DNA from: Candidatus Firestoneibacteriota bacterium
Lineage (GTDB): Bacteria; Oederibacteriota; D2-FULL-39-29
Assembly (NCBI GenBank): GCA_026388015.1
Contig: JAPLKO010000053.1
Span: 7,352 to 71,351 of the forward strand
Reading direction: 5' to 3'
DNA: 64,000 bases
Positions 1 to 9,739 of this stretch are shown piece after piece. Positions within the stretch are counted from its first letter, which is position 1; each line of letters begins with the position of its first letter. The notes beneath the pieces are model-generated. The model searched no databases. It was not told where the DNA came from and worked only from the letters and a program-made list of their open reading frames with translations. The translations under genes and the position numbers were made by a program.

Positions 1-2
1 TT

Positions 3-413
3 TTGAAGGCTGAGGGTAACATCACCGGAGAGCTTGCGCTTGCAGAGAAGTTTGAAAACGTAAAGATTTTCAGAAATGACCAGACGCATCCGATGTTCAA
101 TAAAAAAGTAAGAATGGAAGAGCTTAAGAAAAATGCTGAACTTCTTTTTAAGGAAGCAAAAGAAATAATAGCAGGCGGAAAATATGACCTCGTGGTGCTT
201 GATGAAATAAATAATTGCTTGTTTGGCGGGCTTATTAGCACGGAGGAGATGCTCAAAGTTATGAAAGAAAAACCGGCGGAGGTTGAACTGATTTTGACCG
301 GAAGAAGTGTTCCTCAGGAGATAATAAAAAAAGCGGATCTGGTTACGGAGATGCTGGCAATAAAACACCCGTATAATAAAGGGGTAGAGGCGAGGAAAGG
401 AATAGAGTACTAA
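3..413 (+). CDS. cobO: cob(I)yrinic acid a,c-diamide adenosyltransferase (CobA/BtuR type). C-terminal part only, truncated at the 5' end by the window edge.
   Basis: Translation carries the CobA/BtuR C-terminal signature YDLVVLDEI...LILTGR...HPY. It sits directly upstream of cobT-cobU-cobS. Confidence 0.75.
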   Translation: MKAEGNITGELALAEKFENVKIFRNDQTHPMFNKKVRMEELKKNAELLFKEAKEIIAGGKYDLVVLDEINNCLFGGLISTEEMLKVMKEKPAEVELILTGRSVPQEIIKKADLVTEMLAIKHPYNKGVEARKGIEY

Positions 414-414
414 T

Positions 415-449
415 AAGTACGAAGTACGAGGTACAAAGTACGAAGTAAA
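415..449. repeat. Tandem heptamer microsatellite: about 5 copies of AAGTACG (AAGTACG AAGTACG AGGTACA AAGTACG AAGTAAA).
   Basis: Read directly in the cobO-cobT intergenic spacer. Each unit contains the self-complementary GTAC. Confidence 0.8.
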
Positions 450-462
450 AAGAAATAGGAAA

Positions 463-1533
463 GTGCGAAATATTTATAAGGGAGAAAGTATGCAAATAGG
501 AAGGCACGATGTGAAGATAGTAGGTATAGATAAGGCATTACTGGTGGAGACGCAGAAGCGGCTGGATAACCTTACAAAACCGCTTGGGAGTTTGGGGCGG
601 CTGGAAGAGCTTGCGAAAACAGTTGTAGCTATAACGGGAAAGAAGAATCCGGTGTTTAAGAACAAGGCAATCGTTACAATGGCTGCTGATCATGGGATTT
701 CACGGGAGGGGGTTTCGGCTTATCCTATGGAAGTGACTCCTCAGATGGTGCTTAACTTTATAGGGGGCGGCGCGGGGATAAACGTACTTGCGAGGCATGT
801 CGGAGCGAAAGTTATCATAGTGGATATGGGAGTTAACTATGATTTTAAAGGCGTAAAAGGGTTGATAGATAAAAAAATCGGTATGGGTACTAAAAGTTTT
901 ACAAAAGGGTTCGCTATGACAAGAGAGGAGGCTATTAAAAGCGTAGAAGCGGGAATAGATGTCGTTCTTGCCGAAAAAGAGCTGGATCTTGTGGGAACCG
1001 GGGATATGGGGATAGGAAACACCTCGCCGAGCGCGGCTATTACTTCTATATATACAGATAAACCTGTGGCGGACGTTACAGGGCGGGGAACAGGGATAGA
1101 TGATAAGAGCTTGAAAAACAAGATAGAACTTATAGAAAAAGGTGTTGCGTTAAATAAGCCTGACAAAAAAGATGCTTTGGACGTTCTTTCAAAAGTCGGC
1201 GGCTTTGAAATAGGCGGTTTGGCCGGTGTTATTCTCGGCGGAGCGATGCGGAAGGTGCCGGTAATTATAGACGGTTTTATCTCCACCGCGGCGGCGCTTA
1301 TTGCGGTAAATATAGAACCAAAAGCCGGAGAGTATCTTATCTCCTCGCATAACTCTGTAGAAAACGGGCATCGCTATGCTTTGGAATATTTAAAGCTTAA
1401 ACCGATATTAAATCTTGAGCTCCGGCTCGGGGAGGGTACGGGAGCGGCGCTTTCGATGAGCATTGTTGAAGCGGCGGTAAAGATACTGAACGAAATGGCA
1501 ACGTTTGAAGGGGCGGGAGTGAGTAGCAAGTAA
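463..1533 (+). CDS. cobT: Nicotinate-nucleotide--dimethylbenzimidazole phosphoribosyltransferase. The start is more likely the ATG at 490, which has a GGGAGA RBS.
   Basis: Has the GDMGIGNTS motif and the overall CobT architecture. Length is 356 aa. Confidence 0.9.
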   Translation: MRNIYKGESMQIGRHDVKIVGIDKALLVETQKRLDNLTKPLGSLGRLEELAKTVVAITGKKNPVFKNKAIVTMAADHGISREGVSAYPMEVTPQMVLNFIGGGAGINVLARHVGAKVIIVDMGVNYDFKGVKGLIDKKIGMGTKSFTKGFAMTREEAIKSVEAGIDVVLAEKELDLVGTGDMGIGNTSPSAAITSIYTDKPVADVTGRGTGIDDKSLKNKIELIEKGVALNKPDKKDALDVLSKVGGFEIGGLAGVILGGAMRKVPVIIDGFISTAAALIAVNIEPKAGEYLISSHNSVENGHRYALEYLKLKPILNLELRLGEGTGAALSMSIVEAAVKILNEMATFEGAGVSSK

Positions 1534-1568
1534 ACGTTATGAACAAAATTTGTATCGGAGAATAGACT

Positions 1569-2105
1569 ATGAAAGATTGTCGGAAAAATAAATTTATTTT
1601 TATTACCGGCGGAGCCAGGAGCGGGAAATCTTCGTTTGCGGAGAAGCTGGCTTTGAAGAAAGCAAAAGATAGAGTGTATATTGCCACTATGCAGGGATTG
1701 GATGAAGAGATGAAGGAAAGAATAGCTTTGCATAAAGAGCAGCGAGGCCCGAGTTGGAGCACAATAGAGGAGCCGCTTGAACTTTTATTTGCTTTGAAAA
1801 ATAATGACAAGAAAGGCCGAGTGCTTCTGATAGACTGTCTTACCCTCTGGGTTTCAAACAAAATGATGAAAGGACATAAGGAAAAAGAGATATTAAAAGC
1901 GGCGGAGAGTATTACAATGTACTCCGCGGCAGCAAAAGCTTCTGTTATTGTTGTTTCAAATGAAGTCGGGATGGGGCTCGTCCCTGATAATAAATTAGGA
2001 AGGGACTTTAGAGATATTCAGGGGAGAGTTAACCGGATTTTTGCGGAGCGGGCGGCAAAAATGTACTTTGTCGTTTCAGGTGTACCGCTGGAGGTAAAAA
2101 AGTGA
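1569..2105 (+). CDS. cobU: Bifunctional adenosylcobinamide kinase / adenosylcobinamide-phosphate guanylyltransferase
   Basis: P-loop FITGGARSGKSSFAE matches the CobU/CobP signature. Length is 178 aa. Confidence 0.9.
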   Translation: MKDCRKNKFIFITGGARSGKSSFAEKLALKKAKDRVYIATMQGLDEEMKERIALHKEQRGPSWSTIEEPLELLFALKNNDKKGRVLLIDCLTLWVSNKMMKGHKEKEILKAAESITMYSAAAKASVIVVSNEVGMGLVPDNKLGRDFRDIQGRVNRIFAERAAKMYFVVSGVPLEVKK

Positions 2106-2827
2106 GAAGCTTTTTTATAGCTTTGCAGTTTTTGACAAGTATTCCTTTTAAAATGAAAAATATTAAAGCAGCCGAGCTTCCCGGTTCCGTTACGTATTAC
2201 CCTGCAGTCGGAGCTATTGTCGGAGCAGTTCTTGCGTCTTCCTGCTTGTTTTTTAACGTTTTCTTTTCACAGTTTATTTCGCCCTTACTTACGCTCGGTG
2301 TATATATTTTAATTACCGGCGCTTTGCATATTGACGGGTTTGCCGATACCGTAGACGGTTTATACGGGGGAAGGACCAAAAAGGATATTCTTAGAATAAT
2401 GGCGGACAGCGCTACCGGCGCAAAAAGCGTGGTCTGGGTTGTATTTATTATAGCTCTAAAAGCCATTATATTGATTACGCTTCCGTCAAACAGGCTATAT
2501 CCAGCGCTTTTACTTTTTCCGGTCCTCGGGCGGTATTCAATAACGCTTCTAATGAAATACTCCTCCTATGCAAAAGAACAGGGACTCGGCAAAGTGTACT
2601 GCAAAAACGTTACAGGTGTACAGTTCCTAATCCTCAACGTCTTTACCGTTCTTTTTTTAATGCTTTTTGGTCCATTAGGTCTTGTTGCTTTTATTGCCGT
2701 AGTTTTTGTTGCATTTATTATAAAAACATATTTTGAAAATAAATTGGGAGGCGTCACGGGAGATGTCTTTGGTTTTTCGGTTGAAGTCACAGAAGCTGTT
2801 GCGTTATTAATTTTTACAATAAAATAA
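2102..2827 (+). CDS. cobS: Adenosylcobinamide-GDP ribazoletransferase (cobalamin 5'-phosphate synthase)
   Basis: Polytopic membrane protein with the HIDGFADTVDG motif. Its start overlaps the cobU stop. Confidence 0.9.
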   Translation: MRSFFIALQFLTSIPFKMKNIKAAELPGSVTYYPAVGAIVGAVLASSCLFFNVFFSQFISPLLTLGVYILITGALHIDGFADTVDGLYGGRTKKDILRIMADSATGAKSVVWVVFIIALKAIILITLPSNRLYPALLLFPVLGRYSITLLMKYSSYAKEQGLGKVYCKNVTGVQFLILNVFTVLFLMLFGPLGLVAFIAVVFVAFIIKTYFENKLGGVTGDVFGFSVEVTEAVALLIFTIK

Positions 2828-2890
2828 TATTTTTATGAGTGGAATCAGAAAATCTTGTAATCGATGGAATCTATTTAAGGAGGCTGTAAC

Positions 2891-4714
2891 ATGAAAAAGT
2901 TTTTACTCGTACTGTTGCTTGCGGTTTTAGTTTTTGGTGAGGAAGGAAAAATAAAATCCGAGAATAGTTATTTTCAACTGGATGATGTTGTGGTTACCGG
3001 CTCCAGAGTAGAAAAAGCTCTAAGGGAGGCTCCCGGATCTCTGGTCATTGTCGATGACGCCAGAGTAAAAAATGGCGGAGATAAAAATGTAGGTCTGGCA
3101 ATATCTGATATTCCCGGAGTAGACTCCGGAAAAGTCGGTACCATCGGGCAGACCCAAAGCGTTATGATCCGCGGAATAGGATCGGAAGGTACTTTGGTTC
3201 TGATAAACGGAGTGCGCTTAAACTCCTCCTATCAAGGTTTAGTCGATTTTTCTTCGCTTCCGATAGACAACATAGAAAGGATAGAAGTTTTAAAAGGTCC
3301 GGCCTCTTCGCTTTACGGCGCGGATGCGGCGGGCGGAGTGATAAATATTATTACAAAAAGCCGTGCAGAAAAAAAGGTGATGGAATTTTTAGCCTTGTAC
3401 GGTTCTTTTTGCACCTTAGACCTTAGGGCTTCTTACGCGGATAAAATAGGCGCTCTCTCTTTGAACGTTTCCGGTTCTTATCTCACCGCTTCCGGGCAAA
3501 GAGAGAATAGCGATGTTTTAAGCAAGAATCTAAACCTTTCCCTTGCTTATGACTTTACAAAGAAGCATACTTTAAAAACATTTTTAACTGCCTACAAAAG
3601 TGACAGCGGAGCCCCGGGTTCTCTTTCTTGGCTTACGCCGTTAGATCGGCAGCAGCTTGAAAGATCAAGCGTAGGTTTTGACTATAGCCTCCCTCTTACC
3701 GAGGATTCGGATCTTAAACTAAAGATAAACGGCAATAAAAACATCTTGAATTTCTATCAGCCTGGAGTCGCGACTTTGAGCGAGGAGAGAAATGTTTTTA
3801 TGGAAACCACCTATACTTATGATTTTGGCGGGATAAATATTATTACGGCAGGAGTGAGCGGTAACTACAGTGTAAATGAGCAGAATTTTATGGGTGATCA
3901 TAATGCGAATTCAAAAGCTATTTTTGCCCAGGACATTTTTGACCTTCTCGGCTCCTGGATATTTACGGCTTCCGCCCGTTATGACAGTCATTCGGTTTAC
4001 GGAGACTCTTTCAATCCTATGTTTGCACTTGTTTATAACATCGAAGACGGGGTGCAGATTAAAACATCTTACGGTTCTTCTTTCAGAGCTCCGACATTCT
4101 CCGAGCTTTATGCAACCCCGGCTATGGGCGGTCCGGGAAACCCGGCGCTTGAACCCCAAAAAACTTATTCTTTTGAAGCAGGCTTGAACCTAGAGTTTGG
4201 CCGAACGGCAGTACTAAGAACCACATATTTTAACAACCAGATTAAAAATCTTATAGAGTGGGCCCCTGTAGACCCTACCTACCTAACCTCTTTTGACTGG
4301 ACTCCTTCAAATGTGGGAGAGGCGGAGACCTATGGAGTAGAATCGGAGTTAAAAATAATATTCGCCGAAAACCTTAGTGTTTTTTTCGGACACACTTGGC
4401 TGGTTACTTTGAATAAGGTTACCGACCTGGAGCTTATGTACAGGCCAAAAAACAAAGCAAATCTTGGTATTTCTTATAACCTGTGCGGTCAGAAAATAAA
4501 ATTAGATGCGGAGTATTATGATTTACGGCGGGCGGGTTCGGGTTCCCGGCTTCCCGGCTTTATTACCCTGTGTGCAAAGGCAGAACTGACGATTATAAAA
4601 GAAATAGCGCTGGTTTTTTCGGCTAACAATATTTTGGATATTGCTTATGTTCTAAGAGAAGATTATCCTATGCCGGGGAGAACCTTGAATGCCGGGCTGA
4701 AATTTACTTTTTAA
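2891..4714 (+). CDS. btuB: TonB-dependent outer membrane receptor, BtuB-like cobalamin receptor
   Basis: Signal peptide, a TonB box/plug (DDVVVTGSRVEKALREAPGS) and a C-terminal aromatic residue (ends ...LKFTF). It is positioned in the cob salvage operon. Confidence 0.8.
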   Translation: MKKFLLVLLLAVLVFGEEGKIKSENSYFQLDDVVVTGSRVEKALREAPGSLVIVDDARVKNGGDKNVGLAISDIPGVDSGKVGTIGQTQSVMIRGIGSEGTLVLINGVRLNSSYQGLVDFSSLPIDNIERIEVLKGPASSLYGADAAGGVINIITKSRAEKKVMEFLALYGSFCTLDLRASYADKIGALSLNVSGSYLTASGQRENSDVLSKNLNLSLAYDFTKKHTLKTFLTAYKSDSGAPGSLSWLTPLDRQQLERSSVGFDYSLPLTEDSDLKLKINGNKNILNFYQPGVATLSEERNVFMETTYTYDFGGINIITAGVSGNYSVNEQNFMGDHNANSKAIFAQDIFDLLGSWIFTASARYDSHSVYGDSFNPMFALVYNIEDGVQIKTSYGSSFRAPTFSELYATPAMGGPGNPALEPQKTYSFEAGLNLEFGRTAVLRTTYFNNQIKNLIEWAPVDPTYLTSFDWTPSNVGEAETYGVESELKIIFAENLSVFFGHTWLVTLNKVTDLELMYRPKNKANLGISYNLCGQKIKLDAEYYDLRRAGSGSRLPGFITLCAKAELTIIKEIALVFSANNILDIAYVLREDYPMPGRTLNAGLKFTF

Positions 4715-4913
4715 TAACGGCAGAAAAATAGTAATCTTCAAAATTTAGAAATATAAGCATCGGTCTTTCGGTAAACAAGGCAGCTCTTTTATTAGATGAA
4801 AATAGATTTTGCCTGTCTTCATAGGCGCGCATGCTGCTATTTTTGTCGTGCTTTCCTTGAATCCCGTAATAAAATAGGAACAGACCACGCTTCTTGGTCT
4901 GCTTCAAAAACTG

Positions 4914-4941
4914 TTGACATTCTTCTGCAAAGTGATATACT
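4914..4941 (+). promoter_or_regulatory. Sigma70-like promoter: TTGACA, 16-nt spacer, TATACT
   Basis: Read directly from the sequence, about 65 nt upstream of the decarboxylase ATG. Confidence 0.4.
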
Positions 4942-5004
4942 TTACTACAAAGTTGATATCTAAATAAGAAATATTTATATTGCCCTTTTTGGGCGGGAGC
5001 TGAA

Positions 5005-6540
5005 ATGGATTTTTATGAAAGACAGCTAAAGACCCCGTTGTTTGACGCTGTTGTTAACTACGCCAAGAAGAAAAAAATATCTTTTCACACGCCCGGGCAC
5101 AAACACGGGGACGGTATTCCTAAAAAATTCAGAGATTTTGTTGGCGCCAAGATATTTGATATTGACCTTACGCTCCTTGAAGAAGTAGATTCTCTGCAGG
5201 ATCCGAAAACCGTAATCAAAGAGGCGCAGAAGCTTGCGGCGGAAGCTTACGGCGCAGATTTTTCCTTTTTACTGGTAAACGGAACGACAATAGGCAATCA
5301 GGCTATGATTTTATCCTCCTGCATGCCGGGCGATAAGATAATAATTCCTAGAAATGCCCATAAATCCGTAATAGCGGGAGTTATCTTGAGCGGCGCCATC
5401 CCGGTCTATGTCTATCCACAATTCGACAAAGAACTCGGTATTATTACAAATATTACGGCAAATGACGTCGAGGCTAAACTGAAAGAACACCCGGATGCGA
5501 AAGCAATACTGGTAACCAATCCCACGTATAATGGAATTACAACGGACATAAGAGAGATTGTAAGAATAGCTCATAACCATAAAAAAATAATAATGGTAGA
5601 TGAAGCACACGGCCCGCATTTAAAGTTTCATCCGGACCTGCCCACATCTGCAATGGAAGCAGGCGCCGATATGTGCGTCCAAAGCAGTCATAAAATCATT
5701 TCGGGAATGACGCAGGCTTCGATGCTTTTTGCAAGAAAAAGTGTTGACTTGCTGAAATTAAAAAGAATTCTTCAGCTTCTGCACACGACCTCGCCTTCAT
5801 ATATACTGATGGCTTCACTGGATGTTGCCAGGATGCAAATGGCGACTCAGGGAAGAGAGATTCTTTCAAAAGTAATTGCTTTGGCGGAAGAAGCAAGAAA
5901 AGGAATAAAAGCTCAGGGCATCGGCTGTTTTGGTCGTGAAGTAATCGGGCGTGAAGGTGTTTTTGGTCTTGATGTTACAAAACTCAATATCGACGCAACC
6001 GGGATCGGTAATACCGGCTATGAGGTGCAAAAGCTGCTTAATAAGAAATTCAATATTCAGGTGGAGTTTGCCACCCCGACAAGTTTGTTGGCAATAATTA
6101 CACTGGGAAACACAAAAAATGATATATATAAGCTTAACTATGCGCTTAAGGATATTAAAAAGAATTATGTTAAAAATGAAAAAGTTGTAAATGCCATAAA
6201 AAGTGTTCAGTTTCCAAATATTGTTTCCGATGTGGTTTTGACGCCTCGCGAAGCCTCTTTTTCCATTACCAAAAAAGTTCATTTTAAAGATTCAATCGGC
6301 ATGATAAGCGCCGAAGTGGTTTGCCCGTATCCTCCGGGTATTCCTCTCTTAGCGCCCGGCGAAAGGATTACCAAAGAAGTCTATGATTATGTTATGTTTT
6401 TAAAGGAAATGGGGACTATTATGAACGGTCAGGATGATAAAAATCTCAATTTTATCAAGGTTGTTCAAGAAGCTAAACAACAACACGAATTAACTAATAA
6501 TATACTTGAAGTTAGCAAGATAATAGGGTACAAAGGATAG
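5005..6540 (+). CDS. Orn/Lys/Arg decarboxylase family protein (PLP-dependent). Likely an arginine or lysine decarboxylase.
   Basis: PLP-lysine context SSHKIISGMTQASMLF. Length is 511 aa, typical of the family (B. subtilis SpeA-like). Confidence 0.8.
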   Translation: MDFYERQLKTPLFDAVVNYAKKKKISFHTPGHKHGDGIPKKFRDFVGAKIFDIDLTLLEEVDSLQDPKTVIKEAQKLAAEAYGADFSFLLVNGTTIGNQAMILSSCMPGDKIIIPRNAHKSVIAGVILSGAIPVYVYPQFDKELGIITNITANDVEAKLKEHPDAKAILVTNPTYNGITTDIREIVRIAHNHKKIIMVDEAHGPHLKFHPDLPTSAMEAGADMCVQSSHKIISGMTQASMLFARKSVDLLKLKRILQLLHTTSPSYILMASLDVARMQMATQGREILSKVIALAEEARKGIKAQGIGCFGREVIGREGVFGLDVTKLNIDATGIGNTGYEVQKLLNKKFNIQVEFATPTSLLAIITLGNTKNDIYKLNYALKDIKKNYVKNEKVVNAIKSVQFPNIVSDVVLTPREASFSITKKVHFKDSIGMISAEVVCPYPPGIPLLAPGERITKEVYDYVMFLKEMGTIMNGQDDKNLNFIKVVQEAKQQHELTNNILEVSKIIGYKG

Positions 6541-6620
6541 TCATTTTGTAAAATCACGGATGTTAGATTTAATTTGGCTGACCCCGAACGAAACATTTAA
6601 TAGAAAGGAGGAATACGAAA

Positions 6621-6758
6621 TTGCTTTTTTGCTGCGACGAATGCTCACACTACGAAATTTGCAGCGAGTCGGGAACCCTGCTTGACGGCTGCTGTAAAAA
6701 ATGCGTTTACTATAATGATTGCCATATCGAGGAGATATCAGATGAAGAAGAAGAGTAA
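6621..6758 (+). CDS. Unannotated 45-aa cysteine-rich small ORF with a TTG start: MLFCCDECSHYEICSESGTLLDGCCKKCVYYNDCHIEEISDEEEE. Its stop overlaps the dksA start.
   Basis: A perfect SD (AAAGGAGG at 6604-6611) lies 9 nt upstream of the TTG at 6621. The motif CCx2Cx5C is duplicated and the tail is acidic. The ORF ends at TAA 6756-6758, 17 nt into the dksA coding frame. Confidence 0.35.
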   Translation: MLFCCDECSHYEICSESGTLLDGCCKKCVYYNDCHIEEISDEEEE

Positions 6759-7155
6759 AACAATCACTAAACTTAAGAAAAAAAAGGTCGTCAAGGCCAA
6801 GCCAATAAAACTCGCTTCGGCAGAGATTAAAAAATTTAAGGCGCTATTGCTTGCTCAAAAGATAGAGCTTATAGAAGAGTTAAACAAAAATCTAAATGAC
6901 AGCAAAAAAATAGATTTTAATGAAGTTAAAGACTCTGTAGATCTTGCAAGTGACACCTATGATACGGAATTTCTTCATAACTTAAGCGCTACCGAAAAAA
7001 AACAGGTTGAAGATATTGATGAGGCGCTTAATAGAATAGCCTCCGGAACTTTCGGAGTTTGCGAAAATTGCAGTAAAAAGATTAATAATAATCGACTGGT
7101 TGCGTTGCCGCAGGCAAAACTATGCATTGCTTGCCAGCAAAATGTGGGCGGTTAA
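6742..7155 (+). CDS. dksA: DksA/TraR family C4-type zinc-finger transcription factor. The ORF track starts at 6682; the start at 6742 is preferred.
   Basis: C-terminal CENCSKKI...CIACQQ zinc finger. A GAGGAG RBS sits 8 nt upstream of the ATG at 6742. Confidence 0.8.
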   Translation: MKKKSKTITKLKKKKVVKAKPIKLASAEIKKFKALLLAQKIELIEELNKNLNDSKKIDFNEVKDSVDLASDTYDTEFLHNLSATEKKQVEDIDEALNRIASGTFGVCENCSKKINNNRLVALPQAKLCIACQQNVGG

Positions 7156-7177
7156 GTTCGCAGCACGGGGCTGATAA

Positions 7178-9739
7178 ATGGCAGGTAAAAAAAAGAAATT
7201 GTTTTTGATAGACGGTAACTCCTACCTCTATCGAAGCTACTATGCCATAAAAAATTTAAAGACTTCAAAAGGCGCGCCGACCAATGCAGTATTCGGGTTT
7301 GCGCGTCTTTTATTTAGAATACTTAAGGTGTACAAACCGGAGTATCTCGCCTTTACCTTTGACACTAAAGGACCTACTTTCCGCCACAAGGCCTATAAAG
7401 ATTATAAAATTCACAGAGAGCCTCCGCCCGAAGATCTGATAGCCCAGATGCCTGTAACAAAAGATCTTATAAAAGCTTTTAATATGCCCTCTTTTGAACT
7501 TCAGGGATATGAAGCCGACGATATAATAACCTATCTGGCAAGAAAAGGGGAGCAGGCGGGGTTAGAGGTGCTGATTTTAACCGGGGATAAAGATTTACTT
7601 CAGCTGGTTAATGAAAACATTAAAATTATGAGCGCAAACAAAGAGGATTATATTTATGATGCTGCAAAAGTAAAAGAAAAATACGGAATAGAACCGTTAC
7701 AGATGATAGATTTTCTGGCTCTGCTCGGGGATGCGAGTGATAACATACCCGGAGTGGACGGTATAGGGGAAAAGACGGCGTCCGAGCTTCTTAAAGAGTT
7801 TAAAGGTCTGAATGATATATATTCCAACATAGAAAAAGTAAAAAGCGACAAATTAAAGGAAAAATTGCTTAAAGGTAAGGAGTCGGCCTACTTTAGCAGA
7901 CAGCTGGCTACTCTCATTGAACCTCCTCTGGAGATAACCATAGAAGAGCTCGTTTCTAAAATTCCGGATGCCGCAGCTGTACTTGCAAAGCTGGGCGAAC
8001 TGGAGTTTGGCTCTATGCGGGAGGAGTTTAAGAAACTCGGTTTTTCACCGGTAGAAAGCGGGGAAGTAAACCTTTTTTCCGAAGAGAAGAAAGCTGAGTC
8101 AAATATTTTAGAAGTAACAGGTAAAGAGCAGACCGCTGAGGTGTACAAAGAGATTAAAAAATCCGGTAAAGCGGCCGTAAGTTTGCAGGACGGAAAGATT
8201 CTTTTTTCTTATGCCGCGGGTAAGGGGCACAGATTAGAGGTAAACAGAGGTTTAACGGATACTCTCCTTGCAGATAAGGAGCTCTCTCTTTCTTTCTTTG
8301 ATTACAAAGAGTTTCTTAAAGTTTATGACGGTGCAGTTACCAAGGGTGAGGTTTTTGACTGCCGGCTTGCGGCTTACCTGTTAAATCCGGACCGGGGCAG
8401 CTATATGCAGGGGGAGATAATATTCAGTTATCTGGCAAAAAATCCGGCGGAAAAAGAAGAAGTCTGTTTTCTGCTCGAACTTAAAGATGCGCTAAAAAAA
8501 GAGTTAAAGGAGCAGAAGCTTCTGGAGTTATTTGAAAAAATAGAGATGCCGTTAGTGCCGGTGCTTGCTTCTATGGAAAAGCACGGGATCAAACTGGACC
8601 TTCAACATCTAAAGAAACTCTCCGTAGAGCTCGGGAAAACACTGGAGGGGCTGATTAAAAACATCTACGGTCTGGCCGGGGAGGAGTTTAATATTAACTC
8701 TTCGCAGCAGCTCGGAAAAATATTATTTGAAAAACTTAAACTGCCGGTGGTAAAAAAGACGAAGACCGGTAACTCCACCGATGTAGAAGTTTTAGAAGAG
8801 CTTGCCGCAAAATCTCCTCTTCCCGCCTTTTTGCTGGAGTACAGACAGTTAACGAAACTTAAAAATACTTATATTGATTCTCTGCCGTTACTTGCCGACA
8901 AAGAGGATAAAGTTCATACGACGTTTGAGCAGACCGGCGCGGCAACCGGGAGACTCTCCAGTCTTAATCCTAATATTCAAAATATTCCCGTAAGAACGGA
9001 AGTCGGTAAAGAGATAAGAAGGGCTTTTACGGCTTCCGAAAAAGGCTGGAAGCTCATATCTGCGGACTACTCCCAGATAGAGCTGCGTATTCTCGCGCAT
9101 TTTTCAGGAGATAAAAATCTGATTGATGCTTTTGAAAAAGACGAAGATGTGCACAGCCGGACGGCGGCAGAGATATTTAAAATAAAAAAAGACGCCGTAA
9201 CCGGTGACGAAAGGCGCATTGCCAAAACAGTTAATTTTGGTATAATCTATGGCATCTCTGCATTCGGCCTGGCAAAACAACTGAAGATAAGCCGTACGGA
9301 AGCGCAAAAATATATAGACAGTTATCTCGAAAACTACCCGGGTGTTGATAGGTTTATGCAGGAGGCCAAAGAAAAGGCGAAGAAACAGGGCTTTATCGAG
9401 ACCCTCCTCGGAAGAAAGAGGTATATTCCGGATATTGAAAGTAAAAATAAGAATACCCGGGAGTTCGCCGAAAGAGTTGCTGTTAATGCGCCGATTCAGG
9501 GTTCGGCATCGGATATTATTAAAGTTGCAATGGTTAAACTTTACGGTATAATGCAAAAAGAGGTTAAGAAAGGGCGTCTTCTTCTGCAGGTGCATGATGA
9601 GCTTATTCTGGAGTGCCCGGAAAAAGATGTTGAGAGCCTTAAAAAGCTTGTAAAAGAAACGATGGAAGAAGTAATAAAACTGAAAGTACCGCTTAAAGTG
9701 GATGTTAACTCGGGGGATAACTGGCTTGAGTGCAAATAA
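7178..9739 (+). CDS. polA: DNA polymerase I
   Basis: 5'-3' exonuclease N-terminus. Polymerase motif B is RRIAKTVNFGIIYG and motif C is QVHDELILE. Length is 853 aa. Confidence 0.95.
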   Translation: MAGKKKKLFLIDGNSYLYRSYYAIKNLKTSKGAPTNAVFGFARLLFRILKVYKPEYLAFTFDTKGPTFRHKAYKDYKIHREPPPEDLIAQMPVTKDLIKAFNMPSFELQGYEADDIITYLARKGEQAGLEVLILTGDKDLLQLVNENIKIMSANKEDYIYDAAKVKEKYGIEPLQMIDFLALLGDASDNIPGVDGIGEKTASELLKEFKGLNDIYSNIEKVKSDKLKEKLLKGKESAYFSRQLATLIEPPLEITIEELVSKIPDAAAVLAKLGELEFGSMREEFKKLGFSPVESGEVNLFSEEKKAESNILEVTGKEQTAEVYKEIKKSGKAAVSLQDGKILFSYAAGKGHRLEVNRGLTDTLLADKELSLSFFDYKEFLKVYDGAVTKGEVFDCRLAAYLLNPDRGSYMQGEIIFSYLAKNPAEKEEVCFLLELKDALKKELKEQKLLELFEKIEMPLVPVLASMEKHGIKLDLQHLKKLSVELGKTLEGLIKNIYGLAGEEFNINSSQQLGKILFEKLKLPVVKKTKTGNSTDVEVLEELAAKSPLPAFLLEYRQLTKLKNTYIDSLPLLADKEDKVHTTFEQTGAATGRLSSLNPNIQNIPVRTEVGKEIRRAFTASEKGWKLISADYSQIELRILAHFSGDKNLIDAFEKDEDVHSRTAAEIFKIKKDAVTGDERRIAKTVNFGIIYGISAFGLAKQLKISRTEAQKYIDSYLENYPGVDRFMQEAKEKAKKQGFIETLLGRKRYIPDIESKNKNTREFAERVAVNAPIQGSASDIIKVAMVKLYGIMQKEVKKGRLLLQVHDELILECPEKDVESLKKLVKETMEEVIKLKVPLKVDVNSGDNWLECK

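Noticed and set aside
2828-2890. Cobalamin riboswitch in front of btuB or elsewhere in the cob operon
   Set aside because: Intergenic gaps in the operon are under 65 nt, too short for the riboswitch. Any riboswitch must lie upstream of cobO, outside the window.
6621-6758. SCIFF/ranthipeptide precursor interpretation of the Cys-rich small ORF
   Set aside because: SCIFF peptides have a different Cys spacing (GGCGECQTSCQSAC...) and are adjacent to a radical-SAM maturase. Here the neighbour is dksA and the motif is a duplicated CCx2Cx5C, so only a generic zinc-ribbon-like call is justified.
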